DNA of 64,000 nucleotides from Nitrospiraceae bacterium (GCA_003599425.1 QZKC01000063.1:2835-66834); one strand, 5' to 3'; positions 18,252 to 27,421 are shown, counted from the stretch's first letter. Numbers and translations are program-made. Notes: a model not told the origin generated them from the letters alone.

Positions 18252-19331
18252 TCATATCCACTTCTTCCTGCGGAAGAACATAAGCATCACCAGAGCTGTT
18301 GCTATCATCAGCCCCAGTGCAAACGGATACCCGAGGTACCAGTTAAGTTCCGGCATATTGAACGGACTTTTCTCCACATTGAAATTCATACCGTAAATGC
18401 CTGCGATAAGAGTAAGAGGGATGAAAATTGACGCGAATATCGTAAGCACCTTCATGACCTCATTCATCCTGTTGCTGAGGCTTGAGAGGTACATGTCAAG
18501 AATGCCGGATATTATGTCCCTGAATGTTTCGACCCCATCGATAACCTGGATGGTATGGTCATACAGGTCTTTAAGATATACACGAGTTGATGCACTGATG
18601 AATGTGCTCCCGTCACGTTCAAGTGCACTGATTATCTCACGCAGCGGCCACACTGATTTACGCAGGTATATTATTTTCCTTTTAAGGGCATGAATTTTCT
18701 GCATCGTATCCCGCGCCGGCTGTTTCAGCAATATCTCTTCGATCTCTTCGATCTCATCGCCGATCTTTTCCTGGATGCCGAAATATTCATCAACGACCGC
18801 GTCCATCAGCGCATAAGCGAGGTAATCGGCTTCTGCCCGGCGTATCATCCCTTTGTCATTTTTTATCCTGGTTCTTACAGCGTCAAAGACATCGCCGCCT
18901 TTTTCCTGGAATGTTATGACGGTATTTTTCAGGAGGACCAGACTCACCTGCTCTATGTTCAGGTTCCTGGTCTGGCCTTCAAATGAGATCATTTTCATAA
19001 CAAAGAAGATGTAATCCTCGAACATTTCCACTTTCGGGCGCTGTTCCATATTCAGGATATCCTCAACAGTGAGAGGGTGGAGGCCGAAGCACTTCCCGAC
19101 TTCTTCTGTTACCGCCACCTCGTGAAGCCCTTCAATATTTATCCACGTTACCGCAGGTTTTTCCCTGTAAGGTACGCATTCTTCAATTTTCTCTATGTCG
19201 CGCATTTCGTATGCGTCTTTGTCGTAATTAATAATCGTTATGCGTATATTCTCTGTTTTCTGCTCGCCTATATAAACCGCTGTCCCCGGCGCAAGTCCTG
19301 CCTTCTGTGATCTTTTTTTTGCACGTTTCAT
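18252..19331 (-). CDS. corA: CorA magnesium/cobalt transporter
   Basis: C-terminal YGMNF motif followed by two TM helices. I moved the start to ATG 19331, preceded by AAGGGAGGG. The track GTG at 19352 lies upstream of that SD. Confidence 0.85.
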   Translation of the reverse strand: MKRAKKRSQKAGLAPGTAVYIGEQKTENIRITIINYDKDAYEMRDIEKIEECVPYREKPAVTWINIEGLHEVAVTEEVGKCFGLHPLTVEDILNMEQRPKVEMFEDYIFFVMKMISFEGQTRNLNIEQVSLVLLKNTVITFQEKGGDVFDAVRTRIKNDKGMIRRAEADYLAYALMDAVVDEYFGIQEKIGDEIEEIEEILLKQPARDTMQKIHALKRKIIYLRKSVWPLREIISALERDGSTFISASTRVYLKDLYDHTIQVIDGVETFRDIISGILDMYLSSLSNRMNEVMKVLTIFASIFIPLTLIAGIYGMNFNVEKSPFNMPELNWYLGYPFALGLMIATALVMLMFFRRKKWI

Positions 19332-19595
19332 TTTCCCTCCCTTTTTTTTCACTTCTTCACTTTATGGCTTCATCACTCGTCCTCTATCGCTTTTAAGGCA
19401 GAAATTAATACTGCAATACTTAAGATAAAGTTTCCCTTTATAATTTACCAGCTTATCTTTTTAAGGTCTTATAACTATTCGTAAATAAATATTTTTATTG
19501 ACAACCCCTCTCTTTTATGATATTTTTTTTGTGAGATTTTTCTTTACCTTTAACAGTAGTTCAACTTCTTAAATTTCATAGAAGGAGGTGGACGT

Positions 19596-20693
19596 ATGAA
19601 TTTCCCATCAGACGATGCACTCAATGAGTCATCTGAAACCATGGAGATTCTCGGTCACAAAGGCATCTCCCGCCGTGACTTCATGAAATTCTGCACCGGC
19701 ATGGCCGCGCTCCTGTCTCTTCCCGCTTCGTTCATTCCCAAAATAGCGGAAGCTGTCAGCAGTAAAAGGCCGTATGTTGTGTGGCTCGAATTTCAGGATT
19801 GCGCCGGAGATTCTGAATCAATGCTGAGGGCCAGCAAACCAACTATCGCCCAGATCGTGCTGGATGTCATCTCGCTCGACTACCATGAGACGATCATGGC
19901 GCCCTCCGGCAAGCAGGCCGAAAAATCACTCATGGATGTTGTCAACAATCAAAAGGGGCAATACATTGCCATTGTCGAGGGTGCGATACCGCTCAAGGAC
20001 GGCGGTGTCTACTGCTGCATCGGCGGCAAGACAGCCCTTGATATTGCAAAGGAAGTGTGCGGCAATGCTGCATTTACCATCAATGTCGGCTCCTGCTCAA
20101 GCTGGGGCGGCATAGCCAGCGCAAAACCCAATCCCACAGGAGCTGTGGGATTGGGAGAGGCTGTCCCCGGGATAACCTACGTAAACCTCCCCGGCTGTCC
20201 CATGAATGTTGAAAATGTGACAGCCACCATTGTTCATTATCTGACCTTCGGTACCCTTCCTGCGGTTGATGAGCGCCACCGGCCCTATTTCGCTCACGGA
20301 AAAACAGTCCATGATAATTGCGAAAGACGGTCGCATTTTGATGCGGGACAGTTCGTCAGGCAGTGGGGAGACGAAGGACACAGGCAGGGATGGTGCCTTT
20401 ATGAAATGGGCTGCAAGGGGCCCATCGCCCACTTTAACTGTCCGTCCATCAGATGGAACGGTGGTACGAGCTGGCCGGTACAGGGAGGGCATGGCTGCAT
20501 AGCATGCGCTACTGACAATAACTGGGATGTTGCCTATCCCTTCTATGGAAGGCTTCCCAATGTGCCGGGATTCGGAATTGAGAAAACAGCCGACAAGATC
20601 GGCGCAGGCCTTGCCGCTGCAACAGCAGCAGGACTTATACTGCACGGAGTCGGCAGGGCAATATCGCCCAAGAAAGATGATGACAATAAATAA
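19596..20693 (+). CDS. [NiFe] hydrogenase small subunit, Tat-exported (atypical proximal-cluster motif DCAGD)
   Basis: Twin-arginine signal SRRDFMKF. Colinear with group-1 small subunits (SLDYHETIMA, GSCSSWGG, PGCP, HDNC, WCLYEMGCKGP, NCP, GHGCIAC). GAAGGAGG SD upstream. Confidence 0.9.
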   Translation: MNFPSDDALNESSETMEILGHKGISRRDFMKFCTGMAALLSLPASFIPKIAEAVSSKRPYVVWLEFQDCAGDSESMLRASKPTIAQIVLDVISLDYHETIMAPSGKQAEKSLMDVVNNQKGQYIAIVEGAIPLKDGGVYCCIGGKTALDIAKEVCGNAAFTINVGSCSSWGGIASAKPNPTGAVGLGEAVPGITYVNLPGCPMNVENVTATIVHYLTFGTLPAVDERHRPYFAHGKTVHDNCERRSHFDAGQFVRQWGDEGHRQGWCLYEMGCKGPIAHFNCPSIRWNGGTSWPVQGGHGCIACATDNNWDVAYPFYGRLPNVPGFGIEKTADKIGAGLAAATAAGLILHGVGRAISPKKDDDNK

Positions 20694-20716
20694 AACTGAA
20701 AAGGAGGTGATCTGCA

Positions 20717-22426
20717 TTGGCTAAATTAGTAATTGACCCGATAACAAGGATCGAAGGACATCTCAGGATCGAGGCAAAGGTCGAGAATGGAAAAGTCGTT
20801 GACGCCTGGAGCTCGAGCACCATGTTCAGGGGCATCGAGATCATTATGAAGGGCCGTGATCCGAGAGACGCATGGCTTTTCACGCAGAGAATATGAGGCG
20901 TCTGAACAACGGTGCACGCAACCGCCTCGGTGAGAGCGGTCGAAAACGCTTTAGGCCTCATAATTCCTGATAACGCACGGATCATCAGAAACCTGATCTC
21001 AGGGATCCAGTACGTTCAGGACCATGTAATACACTTTTATCATCTCCATGCGCTGGACTGGGTGGATATTGTAAGCGCACTGAAGGCGGACCCTGCCAGG
21101 ACGTCCGCGCTCGCGCAATCGATATCCGATTGGAGCAAATCAAGCACAGATTATTTCAAGGGGGTCCAGGACAAGGTGAAGGCTTTCGTTGAAAGCGGCC
21201 AGCTTGGACTTTTCGGCAATGCCTATTGGGGGCACCCCGCGTACAAGCTTCCGGCGGAGGCCAATCTCATGGCAGTAGCCCACTATCTTGAGGCGCTGGA
21301 CTGGCAGAGAGAGGTTATCAAGATGCAGGCGTTGCTGGGCGCAAAGAACCCCCATGCACAGACATACCTTGCAGGAGGCATGTCTATTCCTGTTGATCCC
21401 AACAGTCAGAACGCTCTGAATGCGGGAAGCATTGCCTTCATGCAGGGAGTTTCTCAGAAGGCGCTGGATTTCGTCTCAAAGGTCTATATTCCTGACCTGC
21501 TTGCCGTAGCGTCTTTCTACAAAGATTGGGCTGGGTATGGCACTGGTGTCGGAAACTATCTCTCGTATGGCCAGTTCCCGAACGATGGGGAAAGCAATAC
21601 AGCAAACACCTATTTCCCCAGAGGGATCATAAAAGGAAGGGATCTGAGCATAGTGCATCCGGTAGACCATACCAAGGTATCCGAATATGTAACACACTCC
21701 TGGTATGAATACTCAGGCGGGGATGACAAGTCCAGACATCCATGGGAAGGCGAAACTAACTACAAGTACACCGGTCCGCAGCCGCCGTATGAATATCTCG
21801 ATACGGATAACAAGTACACCTGGCTGAAGGCTCCCCGGTATGAAGACATGTCCATGGAAGTCGGCCCCCTGTCGAGAATGCTTGTCGCATACGCCTCAGG
21901 ACATCAGAGGGTCAAGGAAGTTGTCGATGCTGTCCTGAAACATCTCGGAGTCGGCCCGGCGGCATTATTCTCAACACTCGGACGGGTCGCAGCACGAGGG
22001 ATCGAGACCCTGATCACAGCAGAGATGCTCCCTGTGTGGATCGGCGAGCTTGCTGGAAACATGAAAAAAGGCGACTTCAAGATCCACAACGGCGAAAAAT
22101 GGGACCCTGCCACATGGCCGAAGGAAGCTCAGGGATACGGCCTCTATGAAGCGCCTCGCGGCTCCCTGGGACACTGGGTCAAGATCAAAGATGGAAAGAT
22201 CGAAAACTACCAGTGCGTGGTACCCGGAACATGGAACGGTTCCCCGAGAGACGCCAACAACCAGAGAGGTCCGTATGAAGAAGCACTGATCGGGACCCCG
22301 GTGGCCAACATTGAACAGCCGGTCGAAATACTCAGGACCGTACATTCATTTGATCCATGCATGGCATGTGCTGTTCACGTGGTCGACCCGGACGGCAAAG
22401 AGGTTATCCGGATAAGGGTGAAATAA
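20717..22426 (+). CDS. [NiFe] hydrogenase large subunit with two in-frame TGA codons (candidate selenocysteines) at both Cys positions of RxCGxCxxxH
   Basis: TTG start at 20717, with AAGGAGG in 20701-20708 upstream. The N-terminus DPITRIEGH...RDPRDAWLFTQRI-TGA-GV-TGA-TTVHA is in frame with the track ORF 20912-22426. C-terminal motif is DPCMACAVH plus a 15-aa extension. TGA codons at 20894-20896 and 20903-20905. Confidence 0.85.
20921..20940 (+). other. candidate SECIS-like stem-loop
   Basis: ACCGC (20921-20925) pairs with GCGGT (20936-20940). The 10-nt loop CTCGGTGAGA contains GGU. The loop starts 20 nt after the second TGA and 29 nt after the first. Confidence 0.35.
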
Positions 22427-22440
22427 GAAAGGGGGAAGCT

Positions 22441-23106
22441 ATGGCAAATGAAGGCAAGAGAATATACGCATGGGAATTCCCTGTTCGGTTTACCCACTGG
22501 ATAAACGCGCTCTGCATCTTCGCGCTCTCGATCACTGGGTTTTACATCGGCAACCCCTTCATGTATGCAATATCATCAAAACAGTACATCATGGGATGGA
22601 TGAGGTTCATCCATTTTGTTGCCGCATACATGTTCCTGATGAGCGTGATAATCAGGGTTTACTGGGCTTTTGTGGGTAATAAATACGCTTGTTATAAAGT
22701 TTGGTTCCCGTTCTCAGGAGAAAAGATGAGTGAATTTGTCAACGCGCTCAAGTTCTACTCGTTCATGAGCAGAAAACCGCCGTACACCGTCGGCCATCAC
22801 GCCCTTGCCGGGTTTACGTACCTGATCGTTTACATGATGTTCCTGTTTGAGATCATCTCAGGGTTTGCGCTCTATTCCGTAAACCACAAAGGAGCGATCT
22901 GGTATGCCCTCGGCGGCTGGCTCACGGCCTCCATGGCGCTGCAGATGATAAGGCTTTACCACCATCTCGTCATGTATGTGCTGCTGGCATTTACACTCAT
23001 ACACGTATATTTCGCGTGGTACTCCGACAGCAGGGAGAAGAACGGGCTGATGCTCTCGATTTTCACTGGGTACAAATTCTTAACCGGGAAAGAATCGGAT
23101 ATTTAG
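22441..23106 (+). CDS. Ni/Fe-hydrogenase b-type cytochrome subunit
   Basis: MANEGKRIYAWEFPVRFTHWINA... with four TM helices and conserved His residues. I moved the start to ATG 22441, preceded by GGGGGAAG. Directly follows the large subunit. Confidence 0.85.
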   Translation: MANEGKRIYAWEFPVRFTHWINALCIFALSITGFYIGNPFMYAISSKQYIMGWMRFIHFVAAYMFLMSVIIRVYWAFVGNKYACYKVWFPFSGEKMSEFVNALKFYSFMSRKPPYTVGHHALAGFTYLIVYMMFLFEIISGFALYSVNHKGAIWYALGGWLTASMALQMIRLYHHLVMYVLLAFTLIHVYFAWYSDSREKNGLMLSIFTGYKFLTGKESDI

Positions 23107-23136
23107 AAACACAGATAGCTGTTGTAATGATGAACC

Positions 23137-23172
23137 GGGGAGAAGAAAAAACTTCTCCCCTTTTGTTTTTTT
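23137..23172 (+). terminator. Rho-independent terminator of the hydrogenase operon
   Basis: GGGGAGAAG-AAAAAA-CTTCTCCCC followed by TTTTGTTTTTTT. It lies between convergent genes. Confidence 0.85.
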
Positions 23173-23196
23173 GTCAGTGCACAGGTTTCCTTACGC

Positions 23197-25563
23197 TTAT
23201 GGAGCTTTCCAGTTCCAGTCCTTGATCTCCGGCATGTCCTGGCCGTACTGAACAATATATTGCCTGTGCTCAATAAGCCTGTCGCGGACGAACTGCTTTA
23301 TGTAAGCGGATATGTCTTTCAGTTTCGGGACGCGGTCGATGACATCTGACATGAGATGAAACCGGTCGAGGTCATTACGGACGACCATATCGAAAGGGGT
23401 TGTCGTTGTGCCTTCTTCCTTGTATCCACGGACATGGAGGTTTTTGTGATTAGTCCTTCTGTAAGTAAGCCTGTGTATGAGCCAGGGATATCCGTGGTAG
23501 GCAAAGATGATAGGCCTGTCGGTCGTAAACAGGGCGTCAAACTCCCTGTCTGAAAGGCCGTGGGGATGTTCCTCCCGTGGTTGAAGCGTCATGAGGTCAA
23601 CTATATTGATCACACGGATCTTCAGATCAGGGATATGCGTGCGCAGCAGGTCAACTGCGGCGAGTGTTTCGAGCGTGGGCACATCACCAGCGCATGCCAT
23701 TACAACATCCGGCTCTTTGCCCCTGTCATTGCTTGCCCATTCCCATATTCCGATCCCGGCTGTGCAGTGTTTTATTGCTGAATCCATATCGAGCCACTGA
23801 AGCTCAGGCTGTTTCCCGGCAACGATGACATTGACGAAATTCTGGCTCCTCAGACACTTGTCCGCCACATATAAAAGCGTGTTTGCGTCAGGCGGGAGAT
23901 AGACACGGATGGTATCAGCCTTCTTGTTCACGACGTGATCGATAAAGCCAGGGTCCTGGTGTGAGAATCCGTTATGGTCCTGTCTCCAGACATGGGAAGT
24001 CAACAGATAGTTGAGGGAAGCGACAGGGCGTCGCCAGGGTATCTCTTTTGAAGTTACCTTGAGCCATTTCGCGTGCTGGTTGAACATGGAATCAATAATA
24101 TGGATGAATGCTTCATAGCAGGAAAAAAGGCCATGCCGGCCTGTAAGGAGATACCCTTCCAGCCAACCCTGACAGGTATGTTCACTGAGTATCTCCATAA
24201 CGCGTCCATTTGCTGAGAGGTGGTCATCCTCCGGAAGTTTATCAGCCATCCATGTCTTTTCCGTAACCTCGTACAAAGCACTGAGGCGGTTCGATGCTGT
24301 TTCATCAGGGCCGAAGATGCGGAAATTCTGTGTTTCCATATTCAGCTTCATGATATCCCGCAGGAATTTTCCCATGATGCGGGTAGGTTCAGCATAGACC
24401 TGACCCGGCCCCGGCACCTGTACCGCGTAGTCTCTGAAGTCGGGCATTGTGAGGTCTCTCATCAGCAGGCCTCCGTTTGCGTGCGGATTTGCTCCCATGC
24501 GGCGATCACCTTTGGGCGCAAGCGCGGCAAGCCGGGGGACAAGGTTCCCTTTTTCATCAAAGAGTTCTTCCGGCTTATAGCTCTTCATCCACTCTTCAAG
24601 GAGTTTTATATGGTCCGGTTTCTCTGCCAGTCCGGAAAGCGGGACCTGGTGCGACCGCCAGAAACCCTCGGTCTTCAAGCCGTCAACCTCTTTCGGCCCT
24701 GTCCATCCCTTAGGTGTCTGCAAAATGATCATTGGCCATTGAGGACGTTTGACTATTCCGTTTGTCCGGGCATCGTGTTGTATGGCCTTGATCTCAGATA
24801 GCACTGTATCCAGCGTTTTCGCCATGAGATTATGCATGAGAAAAGGATCAGAGCCTTCCACAAAATACGGGTGATAGCCGTATCCAATGAACAGGTTCTC
24901 AAGCTCTTCACGGCTGATCCTTGCAAGCAGCGTTGGATTTGCGATCTTGTAACCGTTCAGGTGTAATATCGGAAGAACTGCTCCGTCGCGCGCTGGATTG
25001 AGAAACTTGTTCGAATGCCATGAAGTGGCGAGCGGCCCTGTTTCTGCCTCGCCGTCACCCACGACACACGCGGCGATGAGGCCTGGATTATCAAAGACCG
25101 CGCCGTATGCGTGAGAGACCGCGTATCCGAGTTCACCTCCTTCATGTATGGAGCCGGGTGTTTCAGGCGCTGCGTGGCTCGGTATCCCGCCGGGGAATGA
25201 AAACTGCTTGAAGAGTTTTTTCATTCCATCGGCATCCTGAGAAATATGGTGATAGAATTCGCTGTACGTCCCTTCAAGGTAGGTATTTGCAACAAGCGCA
25301 GGGCCGCCGTGTCCGGGGCCTGCAATGTAAATGACATTGAGGTCATGGGCCCTGATGATGCGGTTGAGATGGACATAGATGAAATTGAGCCCCGGGGTTG
25401 TTCCCCAGTGACCGAGCAGCCTCGGCTTGATATGCTCCAGAGTGAGAGGTTGTTTTAGAAGGGGGTTGTCATACAGATATATCTGTCCTACGGAAAGATA
25501 ATTCGCGGCACGCCAGTAAGCGTTTGTATTTTCCAGTTCCTCCTTCGATAGATAATCAGGCAT
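23197..25563 (-). CDS. xfp: xylulose-5-phosphate/fructose-6-phosphate phosphoketolase
   Basis: 788 aa. N-terminus ...[17 protein letters not shown], plus [16 protein letters not shown] and EGGELGY motifs characteristic of phosphoketolase. Confidence 0.9.
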   Translation of the reverse strand: MPDYLSKEELENTNAYWRAANYLSVGQIYLYDNPLLKQPLTLEHIKPRLLGHWGTTPGLNFIYVHLNRIIRAHDLNVIYIAGPGHGGPALVANTYLEGTYSEFYHHISQDADGMKKLFKQFSFPGGIPSHAAPETPGSIHEGGELGYAVSHAYGAVFDNPGLIAACVVGDGEAETGPLATSWHSNKFLNPARDGAVLPILHLNGYKIANPTLLARISREELENLFIGYGYHPYFVEGSDPFLMHNLMAKTLDTVLSEIKAIQHDARTNGIVKRPQWPMIILQTPKGWTGPKEVDGLKTEGFWRSHQVPLSGLAEKPDHIKLLEEWMKSYKPEELFDEKGNLVPRLAALAPKGDRRMGANPHANGGLLMRDLTMPDFRDYAVQVPGPGQVYAEPTRIMGKFLRDIMKLNMETQNFRIFGPDETASNRLSALYEVTEKTWMADKLPEDDHLSANGRVMEILSEHTCQGWLEGYLLTGRHGLFSCYEAFIHIIDSMFNQHAKWLKVTSKEIPWRRPVASLNYLLTSHVWRQDHNGFSHQDPGFIDHVVNKKADTIRVYLPPDANTLLYVADKCLRSQNFVNVIVAGKQPELQWLDMDSAIKHCTAGIGIWEWASNDRGKEPDVVMACAGDVPTLETLAAVDLLRTHIPDLKIRVINIVDLMTLQPREEHPHGLSDREFDALFTTDRPIIFAYHGYPWLIHRLTYRRTNHKNLHVRGYKEEGTTTTPFDMVVRNDLDRFHLMSDVIDRVPKLKDISAYIKQFVRDRLIEHRQYIVQYGQDMPEIKDWNWKAP

Positions 25564-25572
25564 GACGTCCTC

Positions 25573-25616
25573 CTCTTTGTGCCTCTGTACCTTTGTGCCT
25601 CTGTGCCTTCTGTAAC
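25573..25616 (-). repeat. 8-nt-period degenerate tandem array (sense GCACAAAG / GCACAGAG / GTACAGAG)
   Basis: The plus strand reads CTTTGTGC CTCTGTAC CTTTGTGC CTCTGTGC CTTCTGTA. It fills the ackA-xfp intercistronic spacer up to the xfp SD. Confidence 0.7.
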
Positions 25617-26720
25617 CTATGTCTGGCAGACTATTGATACCGCTTCCTCTGCAAGAACAGATGCTTCGTCAGCAGGGATGACCCATACAGCAGGTTTGCT
25701 TTTGTTCAGACTGATGCATCCTTCTGTTCCCATTGTAGCATTGTTTGCCTGTGTGTCAAGGAATATGCCAGTCCACTGCATGCCTTCAAGAATATTCTCC
25801 CTTACCTTCGGGGCATTCTCGCCAATGCCGCCGCCAAAGAGGACTGCATCAGCTCCCTGAAGAACAGCAAGGTAGGCGCCGAGATATTTTTTTGCCCGGT
25901 AGCAGAAGAGGTCGATGGCGCGGCTGGCATCAGGATGACTGCTTTCAAGCAATGCCTTCATGTCACTGCTTATTCCGGAAACACCGAGGAGGCCAGAGGA
26001 GTGATTGAGCATAGTTTCGATCTCATCAAAGGACAACCCGCAGGAGCGTCCGAGATGCAATATTATACCCGGATCAATGTCGCCTGAACGTGTTGCCATG
26101 ACAAGTCCTTCAAGAGGAGAAAATCCCATCGAGGTGTCTAAAACTTTCCCGTCCCTTACCGCCGTGATGGAGCAGCCTGCGCCGAGCTGCAGCGAAATGA
26201 GCCTGCTGTCTTTTAGGTGTGGATGAAGTTCTTTCCATCTCTTCCACATTGCGCTGTGCGCAATACCATGAAAACCATAACGCCGGATATGGTGCTTTTT
26301 CATCAGATCAGCAGGCAGCGCATAGGTCATTGATACTTCAGACAGGGCTGCATAAAAAGCTGTGTCGAACACCGCAACCTGAGGGACATGGTCTCCGAAT
26401 TCAGCCCTGCACATCCGTATCCAGTTCAAGGCAAATGGATTGTGCAGCGGCGCAAGCGATGAAAGTTTATCGATCTCGGATTCAACAGAAGGGTTTATCA
26501 GACAGGAGTGTGAGAACTTTGTTCCTCCGTGGACAACACGGTGCGCGACAGCCGATATTTCATAAATGCCATTATCGCGAAGGAATGTCTTCAGGATCGA
26601 TGACGAACTTTCATCAAGTGCGTATTTCCTCGATGCAATCTTCCCGACACCGTTTCTTTTTTTTTCGAATGCAGCGAAGCGTACAGATGAACTCCCTGCG
26701 TTTACAGCCAGAATTGCCAT
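25617..26720 (-). CDS. ackA: acetate kinase
   Basis: [19 protein letters not shown]-terminus, plus HRVVHGG, FDTAF and GFHGIAH motifs. At 367 aa it is shorter than many AckA proteins. Confidence 0.85.
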   Translation of the reverse strand: MAILAVNAGSSSVRFAAFEKKRNGVGKIASRKYALDESSSSILKTFLRDNGIYEISAVAHRVVHGGTKFSHSCLINPSVESEIDKLSSLAPLHNPFALNWIRMCRAEFGDHVPQVAVFDTAFYAALSEVSMTYALPADLMKKHHIRRYGFHGIAHSAMWKRWKELHPHLKDSRLISLQLGAGCSITAVRDGKVLDTSMGFSPLEGLVMATRSGDIDPGIILHLGRSCGLSFDEIETMLNHSSGLLGVSGISSDMKALLESSHPDASRAIDLFCYRAKKYLGAYLAVLQGADAVLFGGGIGENAPKVRENILEGMQWTGIFLDTQANNATMGTEGCISLNKSKPAVWVIPADEASVLAEEAVSIVCQT

Positions 26721-26806
26721 GTGAAAATATTAGCATAAAATGGGGACATATCCCATTTTTTTAACATCAGCTTAATTTATGTTCAGGAGTGAAACGGAGT
26801 TAAGAA

Positions 26807-26827
26807 CCCTGCGCCAAGAGCGCAGGG
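26807..26827 (-). terminator. perfect 8-bp GC hairpin downstream of the exported-protein operon
   Basis: CCCTGCGC-CAAGA-GCGCAGGG. On the minus strand it is followed by TTCTT. A second hairpin, AATGGG...CCCATT plus a T-run, lies around 26738-26762. Confidence 0.45.
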
Positions 26828-26844
26828 CGTAAAAGCTAAAAAAC

Positions 26845-26936
26845 TCTCCCCTCCCTTGACGGGAGGGGATTAAGGGGAGGGTGAACACAGCATGTTTAAT
26901 ACCCCCACCCTCACCCTCCCCCGTAAAGGGGGAGGG
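26845..26936 (+). repeat. G/C-tract structured intergenic repeat, copy B
   Basis: Near-identical to 16003-16094. Contains hairpin 26848-26868, G-tract run 26861-26881, C-tract run 26902-26922 and hairpin 26914-26936. GGGGAGGGTGA (26873-26883) can alternatively pair with TCACCCTCCCC (26911-26921). Confidence 0.85.
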
Positions 26937-27004
26937 AATTATAAGGAAACCCTGTGGCAAGACCACTGGGAGCTCTCTTTCATCTAAAAAAATGCAGGTA
27001 TCCT

Positions 27005-27421
27005 TTACCACTCGCCGGAGCCGGTCTCATCAATGGCCTTTTCTTTTTCGCTCCGTTTATCCGTGCATTCATATTCACACTCATCCATTGTTTCAAATGG
27101 CACCGTGCCATTGCAGCCTCCGTAAAAGAACATCTGGCATTTCCCTGTTGCTTCATCGAAATAATATCTTTCGAAAAGTGCCTTGCACGGGCCTCCATCA
27201 GGTTTGAGCATGCACCTTTCCGGCAGGTTTTTTGAGGGGTTTTTCTCTGGTGCGAGATTCAGTTCATCTTCCCGGTCATTTGACTTTACATCGTTCACTG
27301 TACTCATCAGCATAGTGAGTGTCAGCGCAAGCAGTACGGACAAAATAATCTTCGCAAAGCTTTTTGCCTTTTCCTCGGCAGGCGTTGTTTCTTTTTTGGT
27401 CTTTGACATTTTCTTTTTCAA
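27005..27421 (-). CDS. membrane-anchored Kunitz/BPTI-domain protein (putative serine-protease inhibitor)
   Basis: Lys-rich N-terminus plus one TM helix. Residues 70-119 read C-x8-C-x15-C-x7-C-x11-C-x3-C and contain GGPCKA...YFD...C..F.YGGC, closely colinear with BPTI. The residue after the second Cys (P1 position) is Lys. Confidence 0.8.
   Translation of the reverse strand: MKKKMSKTKKETTPAEEKAKSFAKIILSVLLALTLTMLMSTVNDVKSNDREDELNLAPEKNPSKNLPERCMLKPDGGPCKALFERYYFDEATGKCQMFFYGGCNGTVPFETMDECEYECTDKRSEKEKAIDETGSGEW

Noticed and set aside
19381-19595. Sigma-54-like AAGGCAGAAATTAATACTGCA and a TTGACA...TATGAT pair upstream of the hydrogenase operon.
   Set aside because: The GG-to-GC spacing is 15 nt rather than 11, so it is not a sigma-54 site. 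The TTGACA / -10 spacing is ambiguous (12-15 nt), so I do not call a promoter.
20894-20905. Reading the two in-frame TGAs as ordinary inactivating mutations (pseudogene), or as evidence of a TGA-reassigned genetic code.
   Set aside because: Pseudogene reading: both stops fall exactly on the two metal-ligand Cys codons, and the remaining 567 codons and all other motifs are intact. Recoding is therefore more parsimonious, although a pseudogene cannot be formally excluded without reads and Sec-machinery data. Reassigned code: TGA terminates conserved genes at normal lengths (amylase 15907-15909, mreC 37324-37326, thiG 62047-62049).
20912-22426. The ORF-track start (ATG 20912, 504 aa) as the true start of the hydrogenase large subunit.
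   Set aside because: The 195 nt upstream are in the same frame. They encode the conserved N-terminus (DPITRIEGH...RDPRDAW...QRI.GV.TTVH), preceded by a strong SD and a TTG start. Only the two TGA codons break the frame.
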